Virus record (IMG/VR): IMGVR_UViG_3300046011_002684
Span: 26,208-90,207 of that record
Strand: one strand, 5' to 3'
Length of the DNA stretch: 64,000 nucleotides
DNA from: a virus
Shown here: piece after piece, positions 54,544 through 63,738 of the stretch
Position numbering within the stretch: the stretch's first letter is position 1
Layout: every line of letters begins with the position of its first letter
Notes under the pieces: generated by a model
The model's database searches: none
Seen by the model: the letters and a program-made list of their open reading frames with translations, nothing else
What the model was told of the DNA's origin: nothing
Position numbers and translations under genes: made by a program

Positions 54544-54780
54544 TTATTTCGTATTGCCGTATGCAGTCTGACGTGCTAATTCATGTATATCGTATCGGCT
54601 AAGACCCATATCTAGAAGTTGATAGTCAGTAAGTCTACCAAGTTCTTTTATGGTGCTTTTGTATGCCTTATGTTTAGCGTAGTTGCTGCGTGCGGTTGAA
54701 TATATTTCAGAGATGAGGGTCAGTAATTCGTTGACCGGACTCTGTAAGTAATGTGCGATTGTTAGAATGTAATGTGTCAT
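54544..54780 (-). CDS. DUF1127 (YjiS-like) small protein
   Basis: TIKELGRLTDYQLLDMGLSRYDI matches EL..L.D..L.D.GL.R.DI. Confidence 0.85.
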   Translation of the reverse strand: MTHYILTIAHYLQSPVNELLTLISEIYSTARSNYAKHKAYKSTIKELGRLTDYQLLDMGLSRYDIHELARQTAYGNTK

Positions 54781-55201
54781 GTGTTTCCTCGCTATGACCG
54801 ATTTCGATTTTACGAGGACGCAATTCTTCTGGGATTACATACTTCAGTTCAACTGACAGAATGCCATCCTTAAGATCCGCTCCGTGTACTTGTACGTGTT
54901 CAGACAGCCTAAAGGTGCGTTTAAATTTCTTCGTAGAAATACCACGATGAATAAACTCTCTACCTCTGCTTACGTGATCGCCCGTAACTGTCAATGTACG
55001 GTCTTTGACCTCAATTGAAAGCTCATCCCTAGAGAATCCCGCTACAGCAAGTTCGATTAAATAATCTGTCTCGCCGGTTTTGATAATGTTATGTGGGGGA
55101 TAATGATCGTTCGCATGCTTAGCGACATGATCAAGCTCATTCAAAAGATGGTCGAAGCCAATAAATGAGCCACGGGGAAATAGTTGTTGTACGCCTGTCA
55201 T
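54707..55201 (-). CDS. Small heat shock protein (IbpA-like Hsp20)
   Basis: FIGFD, YPPHNI, IELAVAGF, HRGIS...F.RTF.L, A.L.DGIL, P.KIEI; start revised to MTGVQQ. Confidence 0.93.
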   Translation of the reverse strand: MTGVQQLFPRGSFIGFDHLLNELDHVAKHANDHYPPHNIIKTGETDYLIELAVAGFSRDELSIEVKDRTLTVTGDHVSRGREFIHRGISTKKFKRTFRLSEHVQVHGADLKDGILSVELKYVIPEELRPRKIEIGHSEETHDTLHSNNRTLLTESGQRITDPHL

Positions 55202-55253
55202 TGTGTTCTCCTTTTTACAAGCAAGATGTTTAATGCGACCGGTTACTTCCGCA
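55199..55253 (-). promoter_or_regulatory. ROSE-like RNA thermometer in the hsp20 5'UTR
   Basis: UCUUGCUU-GUAAA-AAGGAGA hairpin with a bulged G opposite the SD; upstream AUGCG...CGCAU hairpin. Confidence 0.7.
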
Positions 55254-55263
55254 TCGACAGCTG

Positions 55264-55271
55264 TATTTATA
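55264..55271 (-). promoter_or_regulatory. T4-type late promoter TATAAATA
   Basis: Exact match just upstream of the ROSE-like leader. Confidence 0.7.
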
Positions 55272-55302
55272 CCCATCTACTTATTACCATAGTGAATACC
55301 TG

Positions 55303-55908
55303 TTATACGTTTTTAGATATACGCACATGACGAGATAATGATGCGTCTATACTACCTTCGATCCCAAATGAAATACCTAATCTAGTTCCATAAGGTTCTA
55401 CTAGATGATATTGTCCTCTTGGAACCCATATCATACTACCTGGCTTAAAAAAAGATGTATATAATAAATTAGCTTCTTCTTTATTTAGACTTTTTTTAGC
55501 ATCATCTTTATAAGATTCAATATCATTTGCCGCCCACATAGACCACTCTACATTACCTAATACTTGTAAATAAAGGACGTCCATTGTATCTCGATGGATT
55601 CGAAAACTTTTTGACTTATTAGTAAACCCACCAAAGAAGTGAGAGGTAATTGTATTACTAGGAAATGTAGATTTTAATTCTTTTATAATATCTTTTACAA
55701 ATGCGGGTGCGGAATTTCTTCGTTCTATCGCAGTTAAGGTAAATGACAATTTAGATCCGTTCAATACTCTTTGAGAATCTGGATGAGTATCTAGCAACAT
55801 CATTGCTTCTTTCCAACCGAAAACTGATTCCGGAGGCAATTCGTAATTATTCGGTCTATGATATTTCCGGCTACGAATTGCCTCTTTAAAACTTTCATCA
55901 AACATCAT
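55303..55908 (-). CDS. JmjC/cupin-4-like oxygenase
   Basis: F.IHRD..DVLYLQV.G...W; PG..I.VPRG.YH. Confidence 0.75.
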   Translation of the reverse strand: MMFDESFKEAIRSRKYHRPNNYELPPESVFGWKEAMMLLDTHPDSQRVLNGSKLSFTLTAIERRNSAPAFVKDIIKELKSTFPSNTITSHFFGGFTNKSKSFRIHRDTMDVLYLQVLGNVEWSMWAANDIESYKDDAKKSLNKEEANLLYTSFFKPGSMIWVPRGQYHLVEPYGTRLGISFGIEGSIDASLSRHVRISKNV

Positions 55909-56315
55909 TTATTACCGATATTATACTTCGGGCAAAGCTCCCATTCATCTTTTTCTTTAAATGGTATAATCTTAATTTGTCTAAGCGGTGCACAATCTAA
56001 GTTACCTGCACCAGCAAGTTTTATTAATCCCCAATCGCTTAAAAGGGTAGTAATTGTATTTCTACGCTGAATATCATTCATCTCTAGATTCGATTTCTTA
56101 CCGTCAAGGAGGAATAACTCCTTAAAATGGACGATAAAATATCTACCCTGCTTATGAAGAATATGACATGATTGGAATAGTTTTTTATCTTTGCGTGATG
56201 CCACGCCGATACGTGTAAGCGTTTCACGAACTTTTAGGAAATCGTCTGGTTCGTCCAGAATGATTTCTAGCATATCCTGTGGTGTCCAATGGACATTATT
56301 ATTTTCTTCTACCAC
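55905..56315 (-). CDS. regA: Translational repressor RegA
   Basis: DDFLKVRETLTRIG, LFQSCHILHKQGRY.IVHFKE, KY.IG. Confidence 0.97.
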   Translation of the reverse strand: MVEENNNVHWTPQDMLEIILDEPDDFLKVRETLTRIGVASRKDKKLFQSCHILHKQGRYFIVHFKELFLLDGKKSNLEMNDIQRRNTITTLLSDWGLIKLAGAGNLDCAPLRQIKIIPFKEKDEWELCPKYNIGNK

Positions 56316-56685
56316 CTTTTGTTACCTTCTCTCTCAAATTCAATATTTGGTCGGATGTCAACAGTGGTAGAACTTGGCGGGCTTTTTCATTGCTATAGCC
56401 ATAGTATTCTTTCACCACTTCAACATCATTTACCAATTCAGGTTTATCCCATTTCGAGAAGCGTTTACGCTTCCTAACAATATTTATAAGAAAAGAGAAT
56501 TGTAGTTTTTTGTCCAGGTGGTGGTTGCGGTTCATCTCGTTTGCCGCTAATACGGTGTCACTAAAGTAACTGAGTGACCTGTTAATCGTAAAGGGGATGT
56601 ATGCTTTCTCAGTAACTTCGTCGACCATTAGGTCTTTCTTAGTATCATTAATAGCATTTACATATTCAAAGGGATTCATTATCAA
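56299..56685 (-). CDS. 62: Clamp loader small subunit (T4 gp62)
   Basis: Y.PF.INR.LS, ANEMN, RKRKRFSKW, YYGYS.EKA. Confidence 0.92.
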   Translation of the reverse strand: MIMNPFEYVNAINDTKKDLMVDEVTEKAYIPFTINRSLSYFSDTVLAANEMNRNHHLDKKLQFSFLINIVRKRKRFSKWDKPELVNDVEVVKEYYGYSNEKARQVLPLLTSDQILNLREKVTKGGRRK

Positions 56686-57493
56686 GTTCCTGTTGTATTA
56701 GGTCACGTATTTGATCTGTGATGCAGATCTTATTATCGCCATCGAATGCCCACATCCATATATCGGCTGGGGTGAGATTATTATCTATACAATATTTTTC
56801 CTGTATAGGCTTGGCTTTTCTGGTTATATAAGTCGCATCAAACTTAGGCAATATTTGATTGGCTACTAAACAAGCATTCGAGTTAAAATAACTATAACCG
56901 AAATATTTGTCAATCGGTACGGTTAAACTCATAGGTAAATTATCAGAGAAAATAATTCCGGCTCTCATTCCACCTAATAAAAAGTTTTTACTTAGACTAA
57001 ATGCTACTGCATCAAATACCTCTAAGCCGGTCTCCAACCTATCAAGAGTAGTACCATAGAAGGCACAGTCTAAAAAAATCTTAGAGCCATTATTTTCACA
57101 ATGAGTAATCATATCCTTAAACCAAGGTGTAATTCCGCCTTCATGATTCGGCTGACTTACCAGTACGTAGCTATTAGGTGGGATCTGATCATAGGTATCG
57201 ATCCCTAGATTATTATACGACTTTACTAGAACTTTGTAAAATCTATAATCAGTATTGAACCAGCAAATCTGATCATATTTTTTATGTATATGAGCTATCT
57301 GGTGGGATATTGCGTCATGGATTCCGTTTGTGATAGCCCATTGTTTTTTATATTCGGCGCCAGAAAACCTATGAATCCATTTTACCCAGGATTTATGATA
57401 AAGATTTAAATCTTCTATATGACATTTATTTTTAATAGAAATATTTTGAAGCTCTTTCTGTATTTGGGTAGGGCAAAAACTGTATACCGTCAT
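56666..57493 (-). CDS. PLP-dependent aminotransferase-fold protein
   Basis: TNG...AI, SQP, LDCAFY (DxA), FSLSK (PLP Lys), G.R.G. Confidence 0.7.
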   Translation of the reverse strand: MTVYSFCPTQIQKELQNISIKNKCHIEDLNLYHKSWVKWIHRFSGAEYKKQWAITNGIHDAISHQIAHIHKKYDQICWFNTDYRFYKVLVKSYNNLGIDTYDQIPPNSYVLVSQPNHEGGITPWFKDMITHCENNGSKIFLDCAFYGTTLDRLETGLEVFDAVAFSLSKNFLLGGMRAGIIFSDNLPMSLTVPIDKYFGYSYFNSNACLVANQILPKFDATYITRKAKPIQEKYCIDNNLTPADIWMWAFDGDNKICITDQIRDLIQQELDNESL

Positions 57494-58029
57494 ACTAACT
57501 CCTCTAATCTCTTAGATATATTAGGGGTAATTTTAGATAACCATTCACGAATCTCAAGAAGAGCGTAAGGTTTTAATTCCTCTGTTCTTTCTCTCATATA
57601 TTTAAAGTCAAACATTATAACCTTTCCGTTCTTCTTAGTCATATTAGATAGTGCACCATTTAGTTTATAGATATTAATCTCTTTAAAATAGTGATAGATT
57701 TCTACAATCTGATCTTCAATATCAGGAATATCATTATGCCCGCGAATTAATAAATCAGGACCGTAATATTCTTGTATAATGTATTTCTCTTGATAATTAA
57801 TATCTACTAATTTAGGAACCCAATCTTTGTCTTTAAATCTTAAAAGGGAATTAGTCTCTGCCAACCATTTTTTTTCAATATAATCTATAGATTGCTCAGA
57901 TACTTTACCATTAACTGTAATACCATTTTTTATAAAATAACGTTTTATTAAAGTCTTATCATCATTTAAATATACAGAAGCAACTCTTCCTATATTCGGA
58001 TCTGGGTGTCTGTAAGGCTCCCAGATCAT
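57490..58029 (-). CDS. Protein-kinase-like fold protein
   Basis: IKR, E helix, VPKLV, IIQEY.G, degenerate catalytic loop KLNG..SN, FDF. Confidence 0.55.
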   Translation of the reverse strand: MIWEPYRHPDPNIGRVASVYLNDDKTLIKRYFIKNGITVNGKVSEQSIDYIEKKWLAETNSLLRFKDKDWVPKLVDINYQEKYIIQEYYGPDLLIRGHNDIPDIEDQIVEIYHYFKEINIYKLNGALSNMTKKNGKVIMFDFKYMRERTEELKPYALLEIREWLSKITPNISKRLEELV

Positions 58030-58298
58030 TCAATCCCGCTGTCAATCGTTGGCCATTGAACACGTTCGATTCTATCAGAGATAATAGTCTTTGTTAACTC
58101 CGTAGAATTACCACGCTGGATATCTACTTCATTATAATAAAGTTGAGGAACGGTTCTATGACCTTTCGATTCCATAAAGCTCATTGCAATCGAATCATGC
58201 TCTACATCAATCATCGTATACTCGAAACCCCATTCGTCGAGTTTCTTTTTTAGGTTACGACAGTAAAAGCATTTATCCTTGCTATAAAGTTTAATCAT
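58026..58298 (-). CDS. Glutaredoxin (NrdH-like)
   Basis: CFYC, RTVPQ. Confidence 0.9.
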   Translation of the reverse strand: MIKLYSKDKCFYCRNLKKKLDEWGFEYTMIDVEHDSIAMSFMESKGHRTVPQLYYNEVDIQRGNSTELTKTIISDRIERVQWPTIDSGIE

Positions 58299-58307
58299 AA
58301 TTCCCTC

Positions 58308-58919
58308 CTAGAATGCAGTAATGGCCTGTACTAACGATTGCATACGCATTACGTCCATACTTACATCATGGCAAGGATCATGCTTTACGAAATGTTCGGC
58401 AAGACCATTGGGAATAAACCCTGGGTCAATATCGGCTCCGTACGAAATGCCTTCGATATAACTAATCGTATCCCGTACCAACCACCAGTCATATGGTTCT
58501 GGGTTACCAGTACATTTCATAAGAGAAGTCATAAACACAGGATCAAACGTATTGCGTCTAGTATATACCTTCTTAAGATTCGTACACTTGTTTATTACAA
58601 AGAAGTTATAAAGTTCGGCAATCGATTTATCATCTGGCCGAGGAGCTATCTTTTTCTGTGCTTCTTTGTTCTGTTCTGACCACCAGCGTACAGTGTCTTT
58701 TTCGATCTTACGACCATAGGACTTAACTTGATCCGCAACATCAAACTTAATATAATTGCACTTGTCGACCAATTCCTGATAGGTGTACGGATCTTTCTCG
58801 AACCGCATTGGGTCATAGTTTAACATTGCAAAAGAAATCACTACACCATCGACGGGGTTCTGTGACAGAGTCTCGAAGTCATATATCGTACAAATATCCA
58901 AACCTTGGAATCCTTTCAT
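58308..58919 (-). CDS. dexA: 3'-5' exonuclease (T4 DexA-like)
   Basis: YDFETL, T..WW..Q, FD, RD, H...HD. Confidence 0.8.
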   Translation of the reverse strand: MKGFQGLDICTIYDFETLSQNPVDGVVISFAMLNYDPMRFEKDPYTYQELVDKCNYIKFDVADQVKSYGRKIEKDTVRWWSEQNKEAQKKIAPRPDDKSIAELYNFFVINKCTNLKKVYTRRNTFDPVFMTSLMKCTGNPEPYDWWLVRDTISYIEGISYGADIDPGFIPNGLAEHFVKHDPCHDVSMDVMRMQSLVQAITAF

Positions 58920-59023
58920 TGTTTTATAAGAACCTCCACCACTTGCTGATGCAGATGTTTAAACACTTTTGCATCATCATAAACCAGAATGAAAAATAGC
59001 AATGCGGCCAGAAAGAGTCTCAT
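58916..59023 (-). CDS. Small membrane peptide, 35 aa (not in ORF track)
   Basis: ATGA overlaps at both ends; MRLFLAALLFFILV. Confidence 0.5.
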   Translation of the reverse strand: MRLFLAALLFFILVYDDAKVFKHLHQQVVEVLIKQ

Positions 59024-59958
59024 TTGATTTGTACCTCTGTCATAATCTCAGTCATACAAGCTACCAGATTCAGTTCGTGATCTGCTACAAAAGCAGCTTT
59101 ATATTGATAGTCAGCTAGGATTAAAACCAGCTGTGGGATAGATACCGGGTGGACTTTATCTGCCATACGATCATACAGGCCACGGATGATCGCAGATGTA
59201 TCTAGATCCATATGGTTAACCACCCAACTACGCATAGTCTTAAAGTCTTTACCCTTCAAAGCGTCAAACAGTTTATTGAACTGGTCATTTGATGCTGTTG
59301 CAGAGGTAAGGAGATTAAACTCACCATCAATACAGTTGCGTTGGGTTTCATTAATCACACGACGCCAGTCGGGGACGTAACGCATGATTACATCCACCAA
59401 CTGTTTCGGATCACCTTTCACATTCTCCTTCTGGAGAATAAACTTGAGGCGAGACAGGAACAGCTCTGCAATCTTCGGCAGTTCATCCTTCGGAACGTTA
59501 AAGTCATACACAGCACAACGGGAATGCAGTGGTTCAATGATACGATTCTTAAAGTTACAGGTTAGAATAAACCGGCAATTATCTGAGAATTGTTCAATGA
59601 AACCGCGAAGAGCTGGTTGGGTAGACTGTGGGTTCAGATAGTCAGCTTCATCTAGGATGATAACCTTATATCCACCACTCAGAGAGACAGTAGATGCAAA
59701 CTGACGGATCTTACCACGAAGGGTTTCGATGTTACCTTCTTCGGATCCGTTAATAACAATATAGTCTAGACCAAGCTCTTCACATAGAGCACGGGCAGCA
59801 GTTGTCTTACCGATGCCAGCAGTACCGGTGAAAAGCATATTTTGTAATTCACCGGTGTTAAGCATCTGCTGCAAAGATTTCTTCACAGCAGATGGCAAGA
59901 GCGTTTCATTCAGGGATTTAGGCCGATACTTTTCGACCCAGAGAAAGTCTTTCGACAT
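59020..59958 (-). CDS. 44: Clamp loader large subunit (T4 gp44)
   Basis: LWVEKYRP, GIGKTT, ILDEAD, LR..IE.FS.NC, SRC. Confidence 0.97.
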   Translation of the reverse strand: MSKDFLWVEKYRPKSLNETLLPSAVKKSLQQMLNTGELQNMLFTGTAGIGKTTAARALCEELGLDYIVINGSEEGNIETLRGKIRQFASTVSLSGGYKVIILDEADYLNPQSTQPALRGFIEQFSDNCRFILTCNFKNRIIEPLHSRCAVYDFNVPKDELPKIAELFLSRLKFILQKENVKGDPKQLVDVIMRYVPDWRRVINETQRNCIDGEFNLLTSATASNDQFNKLFDALKGKDFKTMRSWVVNHMDLDTSAIIRGLYDRMADKVHPVSIPQLVLILADYQYKAAFVADHELNLVACMTEIMTEVQIK

Positions 59959-59985
59959 GTGTACTCCAATTTCAATTGAATATTC

Positions 59986-60016
59986 ATTATATGGTATTAG
60001 GAGTAAAAAGTAAACC
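59986..60016 (-). promoter_or_regulatory. sigma70-like promoter (variant)
   Basis: GG-TTTACT-N17-TATAAT. Confidence 0.55.
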
Positions 60017-60017
60017 T

Positions 60018-60218
60018 TTATTCCTGGTTTTGGTGTGCTTCACACATCGCAACAATCTGTACGCACTGGTCACGAAGCTGACCGATAGTGGTAAGTTCTT
60101 CCCCACGGAATCCACCGCGCTGTACAATAGTATCAATAACGGCAATGGTACTACGACCAATACGGTTAGCAAGATTAATCATTTGGTCATTTTGAGTAGG
60201 CGCTTTTGCCATAATCAT
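60018..60218 (-). CDS. Conserved hypothetical protein
   Basis: VID...QRG.F.GEEL..IG.LRD. Confidence 0.7.
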   Translation of the reverse strand: MIMAKAPTQNDQMINLANRIGRSTIAVIDTIVQRGGFRGEELTTIGQLRDQCVQIVAMCEAHQNQE

Positions 60219-60904
60219 TCTCCATAAGTTGAGGTTTTTTCAAGAGCAATCCAGTAGTTCACTTTCTTTTCAGTATGAGAAAACTTGGACATAAGTTTAG
60301 AAGATAGACTGACATTATAATCGCCAGGCAAGATCTTAAGGTTCTGAATGTTCAGGATAAAGTTAAAGCTTTCGCTTTCGTATTTACCTGCCAATTCAAT
60401 CGTAAATGTATTCGAGGTAGCATTTTCAGGATCGAATACGGTCAGTGCGATTGCACCATTCGATGGCGTAATAGCCACAGATGTATGACCAAGAGCGGAC
60501 GTGGCGCGCTTGATCTTATTCAAAGTATCTTGGTCAAGAGTAAATGTTACCTCGAAGTCGTTCATAGCCGAGGCTTTGGTAAGCATAGTGCTATTCGGAG
60601 AGGTAAGCATCTCTGTCTCGGTAAAGAAGTATTTAATCTTCGACCGACCAACAGAGTCAGAGATAACAGCAAACTTTTCCTCGAACTTAACCTGCGGTTC
60701 ATCGACAAGAGATAGAACGCCTAGGAATTCGTTGAGGTCGTAGATTCCAAACTCGGATGGAAATTCCACATCCACTACAGCAGTTGTCAGGATATTACGA
60801 GCTTCAGAGATCGTAGAAACCTGATTACCTGGATGGAATACGATGTTACTATTAATGCCAGAAAAATTCTTGAGTACTTGGGTGGTGTATTCAGTAAGTT
60901 TCAT
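60215..60904 (-). CDS. 45: Sliding clamp (T4 gp45)
   Basis: MKL...T..VLKNFS.IN, FGIYDLNEFL, NLK..PGDY.V, YWIALE. Confidence 0.97.
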   Translation of the reverse strand: MKLTEYTTQVLKNFSGINSNIVFHPGNQVSTISEARNILTTAVVDVEFPSEFGIYDLNEFLGVLSLVDEPQVKFEEKFAVISDSVGRSKIKYFFTETEMLTSPNSTMLTKASAMNDFEVTFTLDQDTLNKIKRATSALGHTSVAITPSNGAIALTVFDPENATSNTFTIELAGKYESESFNFILNIQNLKILPGDYNVSLSSKLMSKFSHTEKKVNYWIALEKTSTYGE

Positions 60905-60930
60905 AGTGTATCCTTTTCATAATATAAAGC

Positions 60931-60963
60931 ATTGTACAATAGATCAGGCTGCTTGTACACCCC
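60931..60963 (-). promoter_or_regulatory. sigma70-like promoter (variant) for gp45
   Basis: GGGG-TGTACA-N17-TACAAT. Confidence 0.5.
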
Positions 60964-62680
60964 AATCCTTCATTTTCGAGAAGTTTTTATCCTTAAAGAA
61001 CTCAATCTTATTCTTAAATTTGCCATCAAGGATTTCACCCTTATGACTAATGACAAATACGTTCGTATCATCATCAAGCGAATACAAGATCTTCATAAGA
61101 TTCTCTACCCCGTCATGATCCAAGGAGGAGTCAAATGTCTCATCCAAGACCAGCAGATTGGTAGCAACAGAGTTCTTCATCTTAGCAATCATACGCCAAG
61201 TAAACAGAAGAGCAAGGTCAATACGCTGCTTTTCACCTTCGGAGAAACTATCGTAGGTAAACGCATCCCGGTGTCTGGACTTAATAGTTTCTTGGAAGCT
61301 CTCGTCCAGATTAAAGTGCACAAAGAAATCTAGGATCTGCAGATATTTATTCACCAGGTTATTGATAATAGGAATATACTGCTTAATTACTTTCGTCTTA
61401 ATGCCTGTATCTTTCAGCATCTCTGCCATAACAGAATTGTACGAGAGTTCTTCATTCAGCTTTAAACGATCTTCCATGAAGCGATCTTTGTCAGCAACCA
61501 TATCAGATAGTTCCGCGTTCGCTCGCGCGAGGTCGCCCGTGCGCGAGCCTAGCCGCACGATATCATCATTCAAAGACTGAATAGTTCCTTGCAGTCTTTT
61601 AATCGTCTGACTATTTGTATGAATAGAAGTCTGCTTCTCACGGATGATTTCTGCAGCGGTAGTAAACTTATCGATTGTGTCGGCTACGATTGCACCTTCT
61701 TCGTCTGCTTTACGAATAGCACTTTGTAGTTCTCTTGCCTTTGACTTTGCCGCATTCAGTTTGGTGTTTCGAACTTCCTCTGCAATACTTTGGGTACACG
61801 TAGGACAATGTAAGTTCTCTTCGTAGAATTTAGCATCACTTACAACATTCTTAACCTGGGTTGTGAACGTTGCTCTAAACTGCAACAGAGTTTGTTTACG
61901 ATCGTGTGCACTATTCAGTGCTTCACTTACTTTCTCGTTTTCTTTTTCAATATAAGAAGATAGTTGTGTATTCTCAGCAAAAAGGTCAGAAATCTCTCCT
62001 TGTGCAGTTTCAATCTGTATTTTCTTAGAGTTAATCTCTTCCTGATTCATAGCCGTAATATCACGGATATATTTCTTTTGAGAATCAATCTGGTTCTTTT
62101 TCAGATCGAGCTGATAGCCAAGATCTTTTAACTTTTCTTTTAGGATAGAATTCTTTTCTTTAATTAGAGTATTCATCTTAGAAAAGACGTTAATATCCAG
62201 TAGGTCTTCGATCACCTCTCTCCGATGCTGCGCACTGAGCTGCATAAATGGGATAAAGGAAGAACTACCGAGAACAACAATCTGATGGAAAGACTTATGG
62301 GTTAGCTTCAAGATGTTTTGTTCAAGTACTCTCTGGTATTCCAGTGCTTTCGAATCCTGATTAATCATAGAACCATTCTTCCAAATCTCAAAGATCTGTG
62401 GCTTAAGACCACGTACGATCCTGAATTCAGATTTACCAACTGTGAATTCAATTTCTACAATACAGTTCTTATTGTTAATAGAATTGACCAACTGTGGCTT
62501 ATTGATGTTTCTGTGGGGCTTACCAAACAATGCAAAAGACATGGCGTCAAGCATAGTTGATTTGCCTGCACCATTATGTCCAACGATCAGTGTCGATTTA
62601 TATGCTGTTAGGTCAATCTCGGTAAAGTTATCGCCCGTTGACATAAAGTTACGCCAGCGAAGTTTTCGGAAGAAAATCAT
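60944..62680 (-). CDS. 46: Recombination endonuclease ATPase subunit (T4 gp46)
   Basis: GHNGAGKST, CPTC hook, FSEGEK, LDE.FD, ISH. Confidence 0.97.
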   Translation of the reverse strand: MIFFRKLRWRNFMSTGDNFTEIDLTAYKSTLIVGHNGAGKSTMLDAMSFALFGKPHRNINKPQLVNSINNKNCIVEIEFTVGKSEFRIVRGLKPQIFEIWKNGSMINQDSKALEYQRVLEQNILKLTHKSFHQIVVLGSSSFIPFMQLSAQHRREVIEDLLDINVFSKMNTLIKEKNSILKEKLKDLGYQLDLKKNQIDSQKKYIRDITAMNQEEINSKKIQIETAQGEISDLFAENTQLSSYIEKENEKVSEALNSAHDRKQTLLQFRATFTTQVKNVVSDAKFYEENLHCPTCTQSIAEEVRNTKLNAAKSKARELQSAIRKADEEGAIVADTIDKFTTAAEIIREKQTSIHTNSQTIKRLQGTIQSLNDDIVRLGSRTGDLARANAELSDMVADKDRFMEDRLKLNEELSYNSVMAEMLKDTGIKTKVIKQYIPIINNLVNKYLQILDFFVHFNLDESFQETIKSRHRDAFTYDSFSEGEKQRIDLALLFTWRMIAKMKNSVATNLLVLDETFDSSLDHDGVENLMKILYSLDDDTNVFVISHKGEILDGKFKNKIEFFKDKNFSKMKDWGVQAA

Positions 62681-63738
62681 GCAATCTCCAATGCTTGCGC
62701 CTCAGCCAAAAGCCCGCGCATATTTAATTTCAATCGATCTTTATCTAGATCCGTATCAACAGCATCAACATAACTATCCAGTAGTTCAGTTGTATCTTCG
62801 ACAGATACAGCTTCGTCTTCTACATTCTCGCCCATGAACTCGTTAAAGTTCTCGGCAATCTTCAAGTCATGTATCTTCTGTGATTGTATTCTATCAATAA
62901 ATCGATCAAATGTAAATAGGTCAGATTTGTTTACCACTACAATCTTTACAAATTTTTGATCTAGCTTAGAGGTGTCATAGATCGAGTAATCTACCTTTGA
63001 GTCGTCATATACGATACGTTCGAAAAGAGTATGATGATTTACAATCTTAGTTAGCTCCCTGGTCTCTGTGTCGAGAACATGGAAGCCTTTCTCATCACCA
63101 GCATCTGACCAGAAGAATTCAAACTGTGTGCCGAGATAGTGGATATTATCCTTCTGGGAACCAACGTGGAAGTGTCCAGATAGAACCTTTTCAAATCGGG
63201 AGAAGATACTATGATTTAGTCCACCGTGTGATGCAACACCACGGAGAACGTCGAATCCAATCAGTTCCAAGTGTCCGGCAAGCCAGTCTGCTTTACAGGT
63301 ATTAATAAATTCCATGGAACGATCGTAGTTTTCTTGGCAGATCCATGGGAGCAAAGCCAACTTAAATCCATCCAGGTCCAAGACATTTGGTTCCATATGG
63401 ATAGTTACTTCACCCATGTAGTGGCCCAGTAGTTCTTTCAGTGAATTCAGTTCGTTAGTGTTTTTGTAAAACGTGTCATGGTTTCCAGGAATGACGTCCA
63501 TGTGCATTCCGTACTCTCGCAGTTTTGCAAGAAAAGACTTCCGGTAACGATGAAGTGACTTAAAGTTAATAAACTTGCGATTATCAAAAACGTCACCAAG
63601 ATGGATAATACGTTTGATGTTATTCTCCCGTAGATACGGGAAGAATACAGTAGAATAAAAAGTATCAGCATTATCTGCAAAAATATCAGAAGAATTCCGA
63701 ATACCAGTGTGAGTATCATTTAAAATAGCCACCTTCAT
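62677..63738 (-). CDS. 47: Recombination endonuclease nuclease subunit (T4 gp47)
   Basis: DTH.G, HLGD.FD.R, GNHD, GHLE, SGHFH. Confidence 0.96.
   Translation of the reverse strand: MKVAILNDTHTGIRNSSDIFADNADTFYSTVFFPYLRENNIKRIIHLGDVFDNRKFINFKSLHRYRKSFLAKLREYGMHMDVIPGNHDTFYKNTNELNSLKELLGHYMGEVTIHMEPNVLDLDGFKLALLPWICQENYDRSMEFINTCKADWLAGHLELIGFDVLRGVASHGGLNHSIFSRFEKVLSGHFHVGSQKDNIHYLGTQFEFFWSDAGDEKGFHVLDTETRELTKIVNHHTLFERIVYDDSKVDYSIYDTSKLDQKFVKIVVVNKSDLFTFDRFIDRIQSQKIHDLKIAENFNEFMGENVEDEAVSVEDTTELLDSYVDAVDTDLDKDRLKLNMRGLLAEAQALEIA

Noticed and set aside
103-63719. The many other plus-strand and nested minus-strand ORFs of 60-166 aa
   Set aside because: They lie inside or antisense to well-supported genes and show no motifs or expression signals
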